The translations under genes were made by a program, and so were the position numbers. Below the pieces are notes generated by a model. That model saw nothing but the letters and a program-made list of their open reading frames with translations. It searched no databases and was not told the DNA's origin. From the NCBI GenBank assembly GCA_038867615.1, contig JAWBYA010000007.1, positions 1-64,000 on the forward strand: a stretch of 64,000 nt of DNA, given 5' to 3'. Shown here piece by piece: positions 10,469 through 20,143 of this stretch (its first letter is position 1; every line of letters begins with the position of its first letter). This DNA is from Sulfolobales archaeon (GTDB lineage: Archaea; Thermoproteota; Thermoprotei_A; Sulfolobales; AG1).

Positions 10469-10620
10469 GCTCTAGAATAGAGGGTAATATAAGCTTTACC
10501 TATAATTATATCGAGGATCATTAGCGCTCGGCAGTAAAGTCGATCTATTATAAGGCTGGGAGACCGGTAAAATATATTGCTCCTCGTGTTGGAAATAATA
10601 GAGCAGGAGCTGGTGGGTTT

Positions 10621-11343
10621 TTGATGGATGTGAGGAGGAAGAGGCTGAGGGTTCTTGTAGATGCTTGGGGTGAGATCCTCTCCCGCGGTGGGAAGCTGAG
10701 TAGAGAGGATCTCGTAGCTATTCTTAAAGAGGCATATGCTGATAAGGGTGTCGAGCCTGTGAGGGGCGCTGCGAATCCTGATGATATCTATGAGAGAGAT
10801 CTCATTGCCCTCTATATAGTGGGTGTTGAGGGGCTTGGTCTTGGGAGCGAGATCCCCAAGGAGATCATGGATCTCTTTTCACCTGAGAGAGCCTATCTCG
10901 AGGCTGCTGATATAGCTTTGAACAGCGATCCTGAGAACGCTAGATCCAAGATCATCGAGCTCTTTGGCAAGATCCCTGACTCAGCAATCCTATCAAAGAT
11001 CTTCAGGGTAGAGCTTCTCAAATACTACTATGGCTTCAAAAAGAGCGACGACATGCCCAGACTTATAGAGAACCTATCAAAAGCATTCCCAGAAGAAGAG
11101 GCGACATTCAAAAGACTCTCCAGATTCTATATAGCAATAAAGGTTGCAGAAGCCATTATAAACGGCGAGGTTAAGAACTGGGTAAGCAAGGAAGCCTATA
11201 AACAAGCAGTAGCCGTAAAACTAGGCAGCCCGAGAGCAATACCAGATGACGAGTATATAGCGAAAATAATAGCCACAGTATTCGGGCTAAAACCCTCAAA
11301 ATACTCCAAGATCCTGAGGTCAGAGAACCAGAAGCAAGGCTAG
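10621..11343 (+). CDS. Conserved crenarchaeal protein (DUF2192-like)
   Basis: P.RG...PDDIYERDL..LYIVG..GLGL and C-terminal KQA.A..P.D.YI..IA. Confidence 0.7.
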   Translation: MMDVRRKRLRVLVDAWGEILSRGGKLSREDLVAILKEAYADKGVEPVRGAANPDDIYERDLIALYIVGVEGLGLGSEIPKEIMDLFSPERAYLEAADIALNSDPENARSKIIELFGKIPDSAILSKIFRVELLKYYYGFKKSDDMPRLIENLSKAFPEEEATFKRLSRFYIAIKVAEAIINGEVKNWVSKEAYKQAVAVKLGSPRAIPDDEYIAKIIATVFGLKPSKYSKILRSENQKQG

Positions 11344-11421
11344 ATCGATGAGTAGCACGCTAAGCATGACTCTAGAAGGATTTTGATCCGAGCGGAATAA
11401 GGCTTACACCTCAGAGAATTG

Positions 11422-12519
11422 TTATAAGGGTATAGTATATTCGTTTGGTTCTATAACCGCGAGTAGTTCGCTGGAATCCTCGCTGAACATGTAGAGTTTA
11501 TCGATGGGTCTTACAGTTAGCTCCTGGCCTGGGATTATTTTCCTCAGTACTCTCCATGGCGCTACTACCTGGATCTCTTCTCTAGAGGTGTCTAGACGCA
11601 GTATTACTTCCTCGCCGAGGTTCTCGAAACCAGTTACTCTGCATCTGAATCCTGTTCCATCGCTTGTTACTGTTAGATGCTGTGGTCTGATCCCGAGGAT
11701 AATCCTACCCGGTCTGATCTCTAACTTCTTTTTCACATTTATTATAAAACCGTTTAGGGATATGGTGTGTTGGTTAATCACTTCAGCTTTTAACAGGTTC
11801 ATGGATGGTGTGCCTACGAAGGTTGCGACGAAGATGTTCCGCGGTCTGTTAAATATCTCGAAAGGAGTATCCACTTGAACCAAGGAGCCCTGGTTCATGA
11901 TCGCTATTCTATCGGCCATCGTCATGGCCTCCACCTGGTCGTGTGTAACATAGAGGGTTGTGATCTTTAGCTCATCGTGTAGGAGTCTTCTTAGCTCGAA
12001 CCTAAGCCTTGTCCTTAGTTTAGCGTCTAGGTTGCTTAGGGGCTCGTCTAGAAGGAAGAGTTTCGGGTCTCTAACAAGTGCCCTAGCTAGTGCTACTCGC
12101 TGCTGCTCGCCTCCCGATAATTGCCATGCTTTTTTCTCGAGGAGGTGTGTTATTCCCAATAGCTCGGCTACTTCTCTAACCTTTCTCTTCCTCTCGTTCT
12201 CCGGGATTTTCCTCATTCTTAGTGGGAATTCTATGTTCCCATAGACTGTCATGTGTGGATATACTGCGTAGGATTGGAAAACCATGGCTATGTTTCTATC
12301 CTTTGGATCTATATCGTTGATCCTGATCCCCTCAAGCACTATATCACCTTCGTCGGGATCTTCTAAGCCAGCGATTAGCCTCAGCAAGGTTGATTTTCCC
12401 GACCCGCTAGGGCCTAGGATGACTAGAAATTCTCCCTTCTCGACGGAAAGGCTAACTTTTTTAACTGCCTCGGTGTTTTTGTATCTCTTCGATATGTTTA
12501 TTAGTTCGAGAAACGCTAT
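11422..12519 (-). CDS. malK: Sugar ABC transporter ATP-binding protein (MalK-like); apparent ATA start
   Basis: Frame extends 44 codons above the track ORF and includes Walker A GPSGSGKST; also LSGGEQQR, LLDEP, YVTHDQ; GAGGTGA SD before ATA at 12519. Confidence 0.88.
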   Translation of the reverse strand: MAFLELINISKRYKNTEAVKKVSLSVEKGEFLVILGPSGSGKSTLLRLIAGLEDPDEGDIVLEGIRINDIDPKDRNIAMVFQSYAVYPHMTVYGNIEFPLRMRKIPENERKRKVREVAELLGITHLLEKKAWQLSGGEQQRVALARALVRDPKLFLLDEPLSNLDAKLRTRLRFELRRLLHDELKITTLYVTHDQVEAMTMADRIAIMNQGSLVQVDTPFEIFNRPRNIFVATFVGTPSMNLLKAEVINQHTISLNGFIINVKKKLEIRPGRIILGIRPQHLTVTSDGTGFRCRVTGFENLGEEVILRLDTSREEIQVVAPWRVLRKIIPGQELTVRPIDKLYMFSEDSSELLAVIEPNEYTIPL

Positions 12520-12523
12520 GGTC

Positions 12524-13351
12524 TCACCTCCTATATGTCCTTATAACTATGCTTCCGATGAGGAATCTTCTGAAGATAATGAAAAAGAGGAGTGTAGGGA
12601 TCGAGCCTATGAGTGTTCCTGCTATGATGGGTGTGTACTCAACATACCATGCTCTAGAGAATGCATAGTTTAGACCCTGTGTATAGACGAAATTCTCGGG
12701 ACTCTTGAGAACGATGATTGGGAGGAAGAACGCGTTCCAGGCGCCTAGGAATTGATATACTGTGATCGTTATGATGAGTGGTTTAGCCATGGGGAGGGCT
12801 ATTTCGAAGAATGCTCTGATATAGGAAGCCCCATCCAGTTTAGCTGCTTCGAAGAACTCTCTCGGTAGTGATAAGAAGTACTGCTTAGCCATGAAGACGG
12901 TGTTCACCCCTACCAATCCTAGAAGGGGTAGTGCGAATATATTGTCGATCAGTCTAAGCTGGGCTAGTATAACATATAGTGGGACCATTGTGACAAACAT
13001 GGGGAGCATTATGAGGGCTAGGAGGGCGTTGAAGATCAGATCCCTGCCAAGGTACCTCAGGAGTGCGAAGGAATACCCAGCCATAAGACCTAGAAGCACG
13101 TTTGATATAGAGACAATGCTACCATATACTAGTGTGTTTATAACCCATTTTGGGAACAGCTCTATTCTGAAAAGCCTCATGTAGTTTTCCAGGATAAAGG
13201 GGTTTGGTATCCATGTTGGGGGTATCTGTGAGGCTTGCTCCCAGGTCATGAAAGAGACGACCAGCGATCTTATGAAGGGCATTGTATATACTATGAAGAA
13301 GAACGCGCCTATGAGGATCGTTATTAGCTCGTAGTAAAAACGCTTCTTCAT
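12524..13351 (-). CDS. Carbohydrate ABC transporter permease (MalG-like)
   Basis: EAAKLDGAS EAA motif, about 6 TM segments. Confidence 0.92.
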   Translation of the reverse strand: MKKRFYYELITILIGAFFFIVYTMPFIRSLVVSFMTWEQASQIPPTWIPNPFILENYMRLFRIELFPKWVINTLVYGSIVSISNVLLGLMAGYSFALLRYLGRDLIFNALLALIMLPMFVTMVPLYVILAQLRLIDNIFALPLLGLVGVNTVFMAKQYFLSLPREFFEAAKLDGASYIRAFFEIALPMAKPLIITITVYQFLGAWNAFFLPIIVLKSPENFVYTQGLNYAFSRAWYVEYTPIIAGTLIGSIPTLLFFIIFRRFLIGSIVIRTYRR

Positions 13352-14298
13352 CTAAACCCACCCCCGTATTTTCGGAGAAAGAGCACTGTAGGGATATACA
13401 TTAGGGTGAGAAAAACAATAGCCTTTGCCGAAGCATATCCCGGGTCTAGTAGTAAGAAGGCTGTTCTATATATATCTAACACTACCGTCATGCCAGAATA
13501 CTCTATACCCCCTTGCGGCCCGGCCATGACGAATGATAAGTCGAACATCTGGAGCGCACCTATAGTTCCCACGATGATCGCGTATACCACTGTTGGTTTG
13601 ATTAGAGGGAATACAACATGTATGAATCTCCTGACAGGGCCTGCTCCGTCAAGCCTCGCCTGTTCTAGAACGTCGCGTGGTATGGATTGCATAGCCGCTA
13701 TAAATAATATTGCTAGGTTGCTAGATGTCCCCCAGATCGCTACTATAGCCATTGCAGGTATGATCAGTGATTTTAAATATAGCCAGTCTGGATATCCGAA
13801 GCCAGGAATGATGAGATTTAGTATGTAGTTTATGAAGCCCTTCTGGCTGAAGAAGTATATGAAGATCAATGCTATGATGACGCTGCTTGTGAATCCGGGT
13901 AAGAGGTACGAGGTTGTGAAGATAGACGAGCCCCTCACCCTAGATGATGCTATTGCTGCCAAGACTATGGCTAGTACGGTTTGTATTGGGACGACGATGG
14001 CTGTGTAGATGAGCACATTTCTAAGTCCTATGAAGAAGGGTGCTTCATACCATCTGGCGCCCAAGAGACCTCCGATCAGTTCGTTAAAAGCTCTTACATA
14101 GTTCTCCATACCAATAAAAAGGGGCTGTGTGATATAGTTCCATTTAAAAAAGCTTAGGTAGAAGGTATAGATAAATGCGAAATAGCCGAAAACGAAGTTC
14201 ATGATAGTGGCAGGTAGTATGAGGAGCACTCCTTCTAGGAATTCTCTACGGTGTTTCTTGGAGGAGAAAAAAACATGGTATTTATTCTTTAGAGACAT
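13348..14298 (-). CDS. Carbohydrate ABC transporter permease (MalF-like)
   Basis: FIGMENY, EQARLDGA motifs. Confidence 0.92.
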   Translation of the reverse strand: MSLKNKYHVFFSSKKHRREFLEGVLLILPATIMNFVFGYFAFIYTFYLSFFKWNYITQPLFIGMENYVRAFNELIGGLLGARWYEAPFFIGLRNVLIYTAIVVPIQTVLAIVLAAIASSRVRGSSIFTTSYLLPGFTSSVIIALIFIYFFSQKGFINYILNLIIPGFGYPDWLYLKSLIIPAMAIVAIWGTSSNLAILFIAAMQSIPRDVLEQARLDGAGPVRRFIHVVFPLIKPTVVYAIIVGTIGALQMFDLSFVMAGPQGGIEYSGMTVVLDIYRTAFLLLDPGYASAKAIVFLTLMYIPTVLFLRKYGGGFR

Positions 14299-14311
14299 CT
14301 TCGTAAACCTT

Positions 14312-15643
14312 CTAGAGGTTCTTTATAATACTGTTTATCAGATCGTTTATCAGGCTGTTAAGATCATACGTCTTTGTCTGTTTCATGTTGGCAATATGTG
14401 ACTGGAGCACAGTATCTATAGTACCAATAATAGCACCTGCTTTATCCGATCTCATTGTTGGCCACACATATACATTGTTATAAACATTCAGCTGATCTAG
14501 GGTCTTGCGATGCTCTGGCCACATATTAGGGCTTGTAGCCAGCTCTTTCACTGTGGGGAGAGTATGGCCAAGCCCGATTACAAGAAACTCCTGCCCCTCC
14601 TTTCCTGCAATATACTTCGCAAACCTATATGCATCCTCAGCATGGCTTGATTTGCTATTAATACCTAGTATTACTGTAAAGGCTAGCGTGAATCTTCCAC
14701 CAGGTCCTCCGGGGAGCGGGGCGATATCCCACTGTTCTCCGTATTTGAAGTTCGGGAACTGGTCGCGGATAAAGGGTATCATCCAGCTACCCTCGAGTGT
14801 GAGGCATGCTGCTTGTTTGCCAAATGCTTCTCCGCCCCAACCAGAATCAACGTCTCTTGGAAGCACTACATAGGGGGTTTTTCCAGCATCCATTCTTTTC
14901 ACATACCCATCCAGATATAGATCCATGTAGTCTTTAAGTGCTTTTTTCACAGCATCGTTGTTAAACCACGCTCTCACGCTATCTGCGCTGGTGAAGTCTG
15001 GGTACGGGGCTCCATAGGCTAGTGCCATTGCGACAAAGGTTCTCCAGTGATAATGATCTACGAGTGCTGGTTTACCAGTAGCGTCTGTGATCGCTTTGAG
15101 GCTGCTAATAAAGCTGGGCCAGTCATTAGGAGGAGTGGTTAGACCTGCACGTGCTAGGCATTGTTTGTTATAGGCTAGGAAGAGTATTGACCAATCCTTT
15201 GGAAGTCCATAGAGCTTCCCGTCAGGGCCCATGAATGGTTTTAATAGAAAGTCGTAGTATTGTGCCTTAACGGAAGCGATACCAGGATCTATGTCATCTA
15301 GTGCTTTCAACACGCCCTGTTTGATGAATATCGAGGCCCAGGACGAGTCTACGTAGAAGACGTCTGGAGCTGCACCGGCTGGGAAGGAGGCCAGTATATT
15401 TTCGTGGTACATTTGTGATATAGGCTCGTATTTAACCACTACACCTGGGTACTGTTTGCTAAACTGGCCTATGGCTTTCTCATAGTTTTTTACCTCGGTC
15501 TCGCCTGCTCCCCACCCAGAGAATCTAATAACAACTGCTACAGAGGGTTTCTGCTGCCCAACTAGATTGAGTGAAAGCCCCACCGCGATTGCTATGATAG
15601 CGATAACAACAATACCTAGGATAACACGTTTAGAGAGGGCCAT
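14312..15643 (-). CDS. Sugar ABC transporter substrate-binding protein (start ATG at 15643 or 15658)
   Basis: N-terminal membrane anchor; APDVFYVD, DGKLYGLP, LAYNK. Confidence 0.9.
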   Translation of the reverse strand: MALSKRVILGIVVIAIIAIAVGLSLNLVGQQKPSVAVVIRFSGWGAGETEVKNYEKAIGQFSKQYPGVVVKYEPISQMYHENILASFPAGAAPDVFYVDSSWASIFIKQGVLKALDDIDPGIASVKAQYYDFLLKPFMGPDGKLYGLPKDWSILFLAYNKQCLARAGLTTPPNDWPSFISSLKAITDATGKPALVDHYHWRTFVAMALAYGAPYPDFTSADSVRAWFNNDAVKKALKDYMDLYLDGYVKRMDAGKTPYVVLPRDVDSGWGGEAFGKQAACLTLEGSWMIPFIRDQFPNFKYGEQWDIAPLPGGPGGRFTLAFTVILGINSKSSHAEDAYRFAKYIAGKEGQEFLVIGLGHTLPTVKELATSPNMWPEHRKTLDQLNVYNNVYVWPTMRSDKAGAIIGTIDTVLQSHIANMKQTKTYDLNSLINDLINSIIKNL

Positions 15644-15679
15644 CTGCCCCACCTTCATGTACATACTATGTATAGGTGG

Positions 15680-15811
15680 TATATAAATTAATGCAATAGC
15701 TAGTATACTAATGTAATAGCTAATATACATCTATATAAAGAATTCTATACTCTTTTTGATCCGGCTCTATGGTCAAAATATAAATAGGAGCGTATTATTA
15801 TACTACTAGTG
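15680..15811. promoter_or_regulatory. Divergent promoter region with 20-bp tandem repeat and TrmB-like site
   Basis: TAATGCAATAGCTAGTATAC/TAATGTAATAGCTAATATAC (15689-15728) beside TTTATATA (minus strand); TACTACTAGTG at 15801-15811. Confidence 0.5.
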
Positions 15812-16495
15812 GATGGTATGATCATAGCGATGCTGTGGGATTTCGATGGTGTAGTAGTGCTCACACCCCACGAAGAAGCATGGAGACTGGCAGCCGCTAA
15901 ATATGGTATAGATAACTTTACCTCAGAGTTTTACTATAAATTCGTTGCTGGGCGTCCTAGATTTGAGGGGGCTAGAGCGATACTTGAGCATTTCGGATTG
16001 CTTGATAAGCTTGATGATATATCCAGGGATAGATTGATCGAGAGCTTCGCTGAGGAGAAAAACAGAATTTTCAACGAGCTTATATCAAGAGGCTTATTCA
16101 GCGTTAACCACGAGGCTTTGGAATTCATTGCGAGAACACGGATCCTCACCACTACTAAGTTTGTGCATGTATTAGCATCAGCCTCTAAAAATGCTGCGAG
16201 GCTTAGCAGGAGTATTAAGGTAGGGGGGAGGATGTTGTATGAGTTCTTCGATATAGATGTAAGCGGCTCTTCTACGAGTAAAAAAGGCGTTTTTGCAACA
16301 GGAAGGGATGCTGTTGAGTCTGCTGATTGCTTCATTGCGATCGATGACGCCCCTTCGGGGATAGAGGCAGCAAGAGAGCTTGGGCTTATTCCTATAGGTT
16401 TTCAGAATAAAGATCTTGTGGGCTATGGGGCTAGGCTTGTTATCGAGAGATTCAGGGATCTTGATCCCGGGGTGTTGATAAACCTATGCCGATGA
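15809..16495 (+). CDS. pgmB: Beta-phosphoglucomutase-like HAD hydrolase
   Basis: WDFDGVV, HEEAW, ASASKNA, IDDAPSGIEA; adjacent to a GH65 gene. Confidence 0.8.
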   Translation: MDGMIIAMLWDFDGVVVLTPHEEAWRLAAAKYGIDNFTSEFYYKFVAGRPRFEGARAILEHFGLLDKLDDISRDRLIESFAEEKNRIFNELISRGLFSVNHEALEFIARTRILTTTKFVHVLASASKNAARLSRSIKVGGRMLYEFFDIDVSGSSTSKKGVFATGRDAVESADCFIAIDDAPSGIEAARELGLIPIGFQNKDLVGYGARLVIERFRDLDPGVLINLCR

Positions 16496-18549
16496 GTATA
16501 GAGCCTGAGCCTTATAGGTTAAGGATTAGTGGTTTTGATAGAAGCCAGGAACGTTGGATCGGCACATTGTTAACGCTCGCTAATGGTAGGCTGGGCGTGA
16601 GAGGGGAGCTGGAGCTAGCTGGTTCTAGAAGCAATGCCTGTTTTCTCTCAGGATTATATAATAACATCCCGCTATGGAGGAGAGAGCTTGTTATGTTACC
16701 CACGGTGAGTAATGTTTATTTACCATATCACTTTGACATCATAGATCGTGGTTCTGTTGAACGTTTATTAGATATGAGACGGGGCTTGCTGGTTACGAGA
16801 GCGGGTATTGGGAGATCTATTGAGTATTATAGCGAAAATGCTGTGCATAGGAGGCGTAAGAATCTCTTCATGCAGCGTATTCGCCTTACCTCCGATTCAG
16901 AGGATGTGGTTATCCTACCTATAGAAAACCCTCTCAACCCATTCCTATATGGCTATACCTACACAGAGCACCTATCGAGGGAGAGGCTGGTGTTCAGTGA
17001 CAACATACTGAGGGTTTTCTACAGACTTAGAGATGCTGACACAATGCTGGAGGTAAGGATGATGGTAGATCCTGGTGCATCATCCCAGCTAGATCGTTTG
17101 GTTACCAGAGACAGTGCTGGCTTTATAATCAGGGGTAGAGGGCTGGATGTGAAAAGATATGTGGAGTTCTATATCCATAGAGAAGGGGCAAAAGGAGATC
17201 TGGAAGAGATAGTGAGAGAGGAAATACCTGACTGGGCATCTCTGCTCTCGGAGCATATGGATTCATGGTCGAGGCTTTGGGACGAGATCGGTTTAGAGAT
17301 CGATGGAAGCGATAGGCTAGCGGGTAGCATAACTTTTTACACATACCACCTACTCCAACTAATCGACGATGATGGAGAGGAGCTCATGATACCGGCTAGA
17401 GGATTGCATGGCATTGGTTATCGAGGACACATATTCTGGGATACCGATCTCTATCTACTCCCATTCCTCACATTCCTATACCCCAGAGCTATGCGTGGTG
17501 TTCTGAGCTTCCGATGTAGAACCCTTGAGAAGGCTATACAATATGCTCGTGAGACCGGGTATAGGGGTGCTAGATATCCATGGGAAAGCGTTGATGACGG
17601 TTATGAGTCTACTCCTAGATACTATCCAGTCGACCTGGATAGGTGTAAATGTATTGATATCCTTACTGGGGAGCAAGAGATCCATGTTACAGGCGATATC
17701 GCGTTCTCTGTACTCTTCTACTATAACGTTACGGGTGATGAGGAGTTTATGAAGAGGTGTGGGTTTAGAATCCTTATTGAGACGGCGAGATACTGGGCTA
17801 GTAGAGTGGAATACGATGCTGGTAAAGACGCCTATGTTATAAGGAATGTCATCGGTCCCGATGAATATCATGTTGGTGTGGATAATAATTTCTTCACAAA
17901 CCTGATCGCTAAATATAACTTGAAGGCTGCTTTCAACCTAGTTATCAATGCTTTAAAGAATGATGAAAAGCTGCTAGAGCATCTCGGCGTCAGCCTTGAA
18001 GAAGTAATGGAGTGGGGTAGAATAGCTGAGAAGATATCATTGGGTAGAGAGAGGGATGGGGTTATAGAGGAGTTTGAGGGTTTCTTTGACATCCAAGCCG
18101 ATGGGAAAGTCGTGGAGAGAGGGGCAAAGAGAGTTGGTGTTTCGAAGCAGGCTGATGTTGTGCTAGCACTATTATTGAAAGAGATCGTTGAGGGGGTCGA
18201 GCCAGAGATTCTTAGGAAGAACTATGAATACTATCTAGAGAGGACTACCCACGAGTCATCACTCTCTCTACCTATCTTTGCCACCGTGGCTATCATGCTG
18301 GGAATAGATGAGAGATTGGAGCTCTTCTCCAGGGTTCTGGAGACCGATTTGGGGAATATGTATGGAAATACGCATGATGGCTTCCATGTTGCAGCAGCTG
18401 GTGGTATATGGTATGCTATACTCTTTGGTCTACTCGGTATCAGGTTGAGGAATGGTGAGCTTGTCTATCACCCGAGAAGATCTGGGGATCTCAGGCTCGC
18501 GGTTAATATTAACTATAGAGGTAATAGAATCAGGATCTCAACGCTTTAG
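16486..18549 (+). CDS. Glycoside hydrolase family 65 (alpha-glucoside phosphorylase; kojibiose/trehalose/maltose type)
   Basis: LANGRLGVRG, GYRGHIFWDTD, GARYPWES, VIGPDEYH, KQADV, HESSLS. Confidence 0.93.
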   Translation: MPMSIEPEPYRLRISGFDRSQERWIGTLLTLANGRLGVRGELELAGSRSNACFLSGLYNNIPLWRRELVMLPTVSNVYLPYHFDIIDRGSVERLLDMRRGLLVTRAGIGRSIEYYSENAVHRRRKNLFMQRIRLTSDSEDVVILPIENPLNPFLYGYTYTEHLSRERLVFSDNILRVFYRLRDADTMLEVRMMVDPGASSQLDRLVTRDSAGFIIRGRGLDVKRYVEFYIHREGAKGDLEEIVREEIPDWASLLSEHMDSWSRLWDEIGLEIDGSDRLAGSITFYTYHLLQLIDDDGEELMIPARGLHGIGYRGHIFWDTDLYLLPFLTFLYPRAMRGVLSFRCRTLEKAIQYARETGYRGARYPWESVDDGYESTPRYYPVDLDRCKCIDILTGEQEIHVTGDIAFSVLFYYNVTGDEEFMKRCGFRILIETARYWASRVEYDAGKDAYVIRNVIGPDEYHVGVDNNFFTNLIAKYNLKAAFNLVINALKNDEKLLEHLGVSLEEVMEWGRIAEKISLGRERDGVIEEFEGFFDIQADGKVVERGAKRVGVSKQADVVLALLLKEIVEGVEPEILRKNYEYYLERTTHESSLSLPIFATVAIMLGIDERLELFSRVLETDLGNMYGNTHDGFHVAAAGGIWYAILFGLLGIRLRNGELVYHPRRSGDLRLAVNINYRGNRIRISTL

Positions 18550-18619
18550 TGATCCTTGGGTTGATCCATTAGGCGCGGTTTTTTATTAGGCGCGGGGTGG
18601 TAATTTAGCTGGGAAGATC

Positions 18620-19672
18620 TTGGTGGATGAGGAGGAGGTTATTCTAAAGCTCTTGATGTTCGGGTTTACTAAGTATGAGGCTAAGGTTTACTATGCTCTA
18701 TTGAAACACGGATCGCTGACCTCGACAGAACTCTTAAAGATAGCTAGGATACCCCAGGCGAGGCTCTATGATGTTATTGAGAGGCTGGTCTCTAAAGGCC
18801 TTGTCAAGGTTAGTAGGAGCAGGCCTGCTAAGTACTCGATAATCAACCCCGAGCTTGCTTTGAAGAGCTATATAGAGCAGGAGATGGTTGCCAAAGCCAA
18901 AATAGCTGAGGATATTGTGAGGAGTGTTGAGCGTAGTGGTGAGGTGGTTGAGGATAGCTATATATGGACCGTTAGTGGTGTTCATAGCATTACAGTTGTT
19001 ATCAGGGATCTGGTGGAGAGTGCCGAGGACGAGCTCTTAATAGCTACATACACGCACCTTATGGAGAAAATGATGAAGAGTCTTGAGGGGGTAAAAGATA
19101 AAGAGATCTCTACATGCGTTATACTTTATGATAAGGATGGAAAAATAGCTGAGAATCTAGCTTTCTTCGATGAGGTGAGGTTTAAACCCACGTTGGGGCC
19201 GACAATCATATTGAAGGATCTATTGAAAGGACTGCTCATCCCCCGATCCTATAGACAGAGGCCTGTCGCCTATATCATTGAGGATCTAGAGATACTCTCA
19301 CCCATAATAAACTATTTCTTCTACCTCAAAGAGACATCCAGCCCGATAATCTACAGGCTAGGCGAGGATGTGAGGAGAAGAAGGTTTAGAAGCCTGATAC
19401 GGGCGATCGAGATGATCCAGAGGATGCAGGAAAACGGCATCGAGGTAGGCGTAGAGATCGAGGGTAGATGGAGAACCAGCGGCGAGCCAGGTAAAATCGT
19501 TGGAAAGCCGATAAACGCGATAAGAGATAGATACCGCGAGATAACATCCCTTATAGTCGAGCAGAACGGATCAAGAATCCTTGTGGGAGGAAGAGGAGCT
19601 ACATATGAGGATTTCGAAGCCCTCAGAATAACTGTCTACCCCCTCAATCCCACAGCAGATCAGCCAGGCTAG
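18620..19672 (+). CDS. trmB: TrmB-family sugar-sensing transcriptional regulator
   Basis: FGFTKYEAKVY...IPQARLYDV HTH; C-terminal VGGRGATYEDFEA. Confidence 0.9.
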   Translation: MVDEEEVILKLLMFGFTKYEAKVYYALLKHGSLTSTELLKIARIPQARLYDVIERLVSKGLVKVSRSRPAKYSIINPELALKSYIEQEMVAKAKIAEDIVRSVERSGEVVEDSYIWTVSGVHSITVVIRDLVESAEDELLIATYTHLMEKMMKSLEGVKDKEISTCVILYDKDGKIAENLAFFDEVRFKPTLGPTIILKDLLKGLLIPRSYRQRPVAYIIEDLEILSPIINYFFYLKETSSPIIYRLGEDVRRRRFRSLIRAIEMIQRMQENGIEVGVEIEGRWRTSGEPGKIVGKPINAIRDRYREITSLIVEQNGSRILVGGRGATYEDFEALRITVYPLNPTADQPG

Positions 19673-20143
19673 CTAGGAATCGCCTCCAAAGATCTTAAGA
19701 GTATATCCTCAATAATAGATCGAATTTATCTCTGCTCTGTTCTTATCCTGCATATGAGCCTTGTGCCGGTGATAGCCATTGAAGATCAACGGTTTGGGAT
19801 GCTCTGAGGTCTCGAAGCCGAAAGCTGGGTAGCTGGTATCGAATAATACCAATAGCTAGAAGTAAAACTCCGGGCAACTGCCCTTTTGTTTTCCCTATAG
19901 GATCTTTTGAAAACGCTTGTTCTAAATTAGAAGAAGAAATTATAAGCATGTAGGGCAAGATCTACATGTGCGGTTTATATGGGGTATTATAGAGCTGCTC
20001 TTGCAACATGTATAATATAGGAAATATATTCCTATCGCTCGCATTTATAGCCTTCATATATGTTCTGTATAGAGTGCAACAAACTCCTAGCCCGTTTGCT
20101 GGTATCGCGTTTATCTTTCCTACAGCACTCTGGCTGCTAAGCC

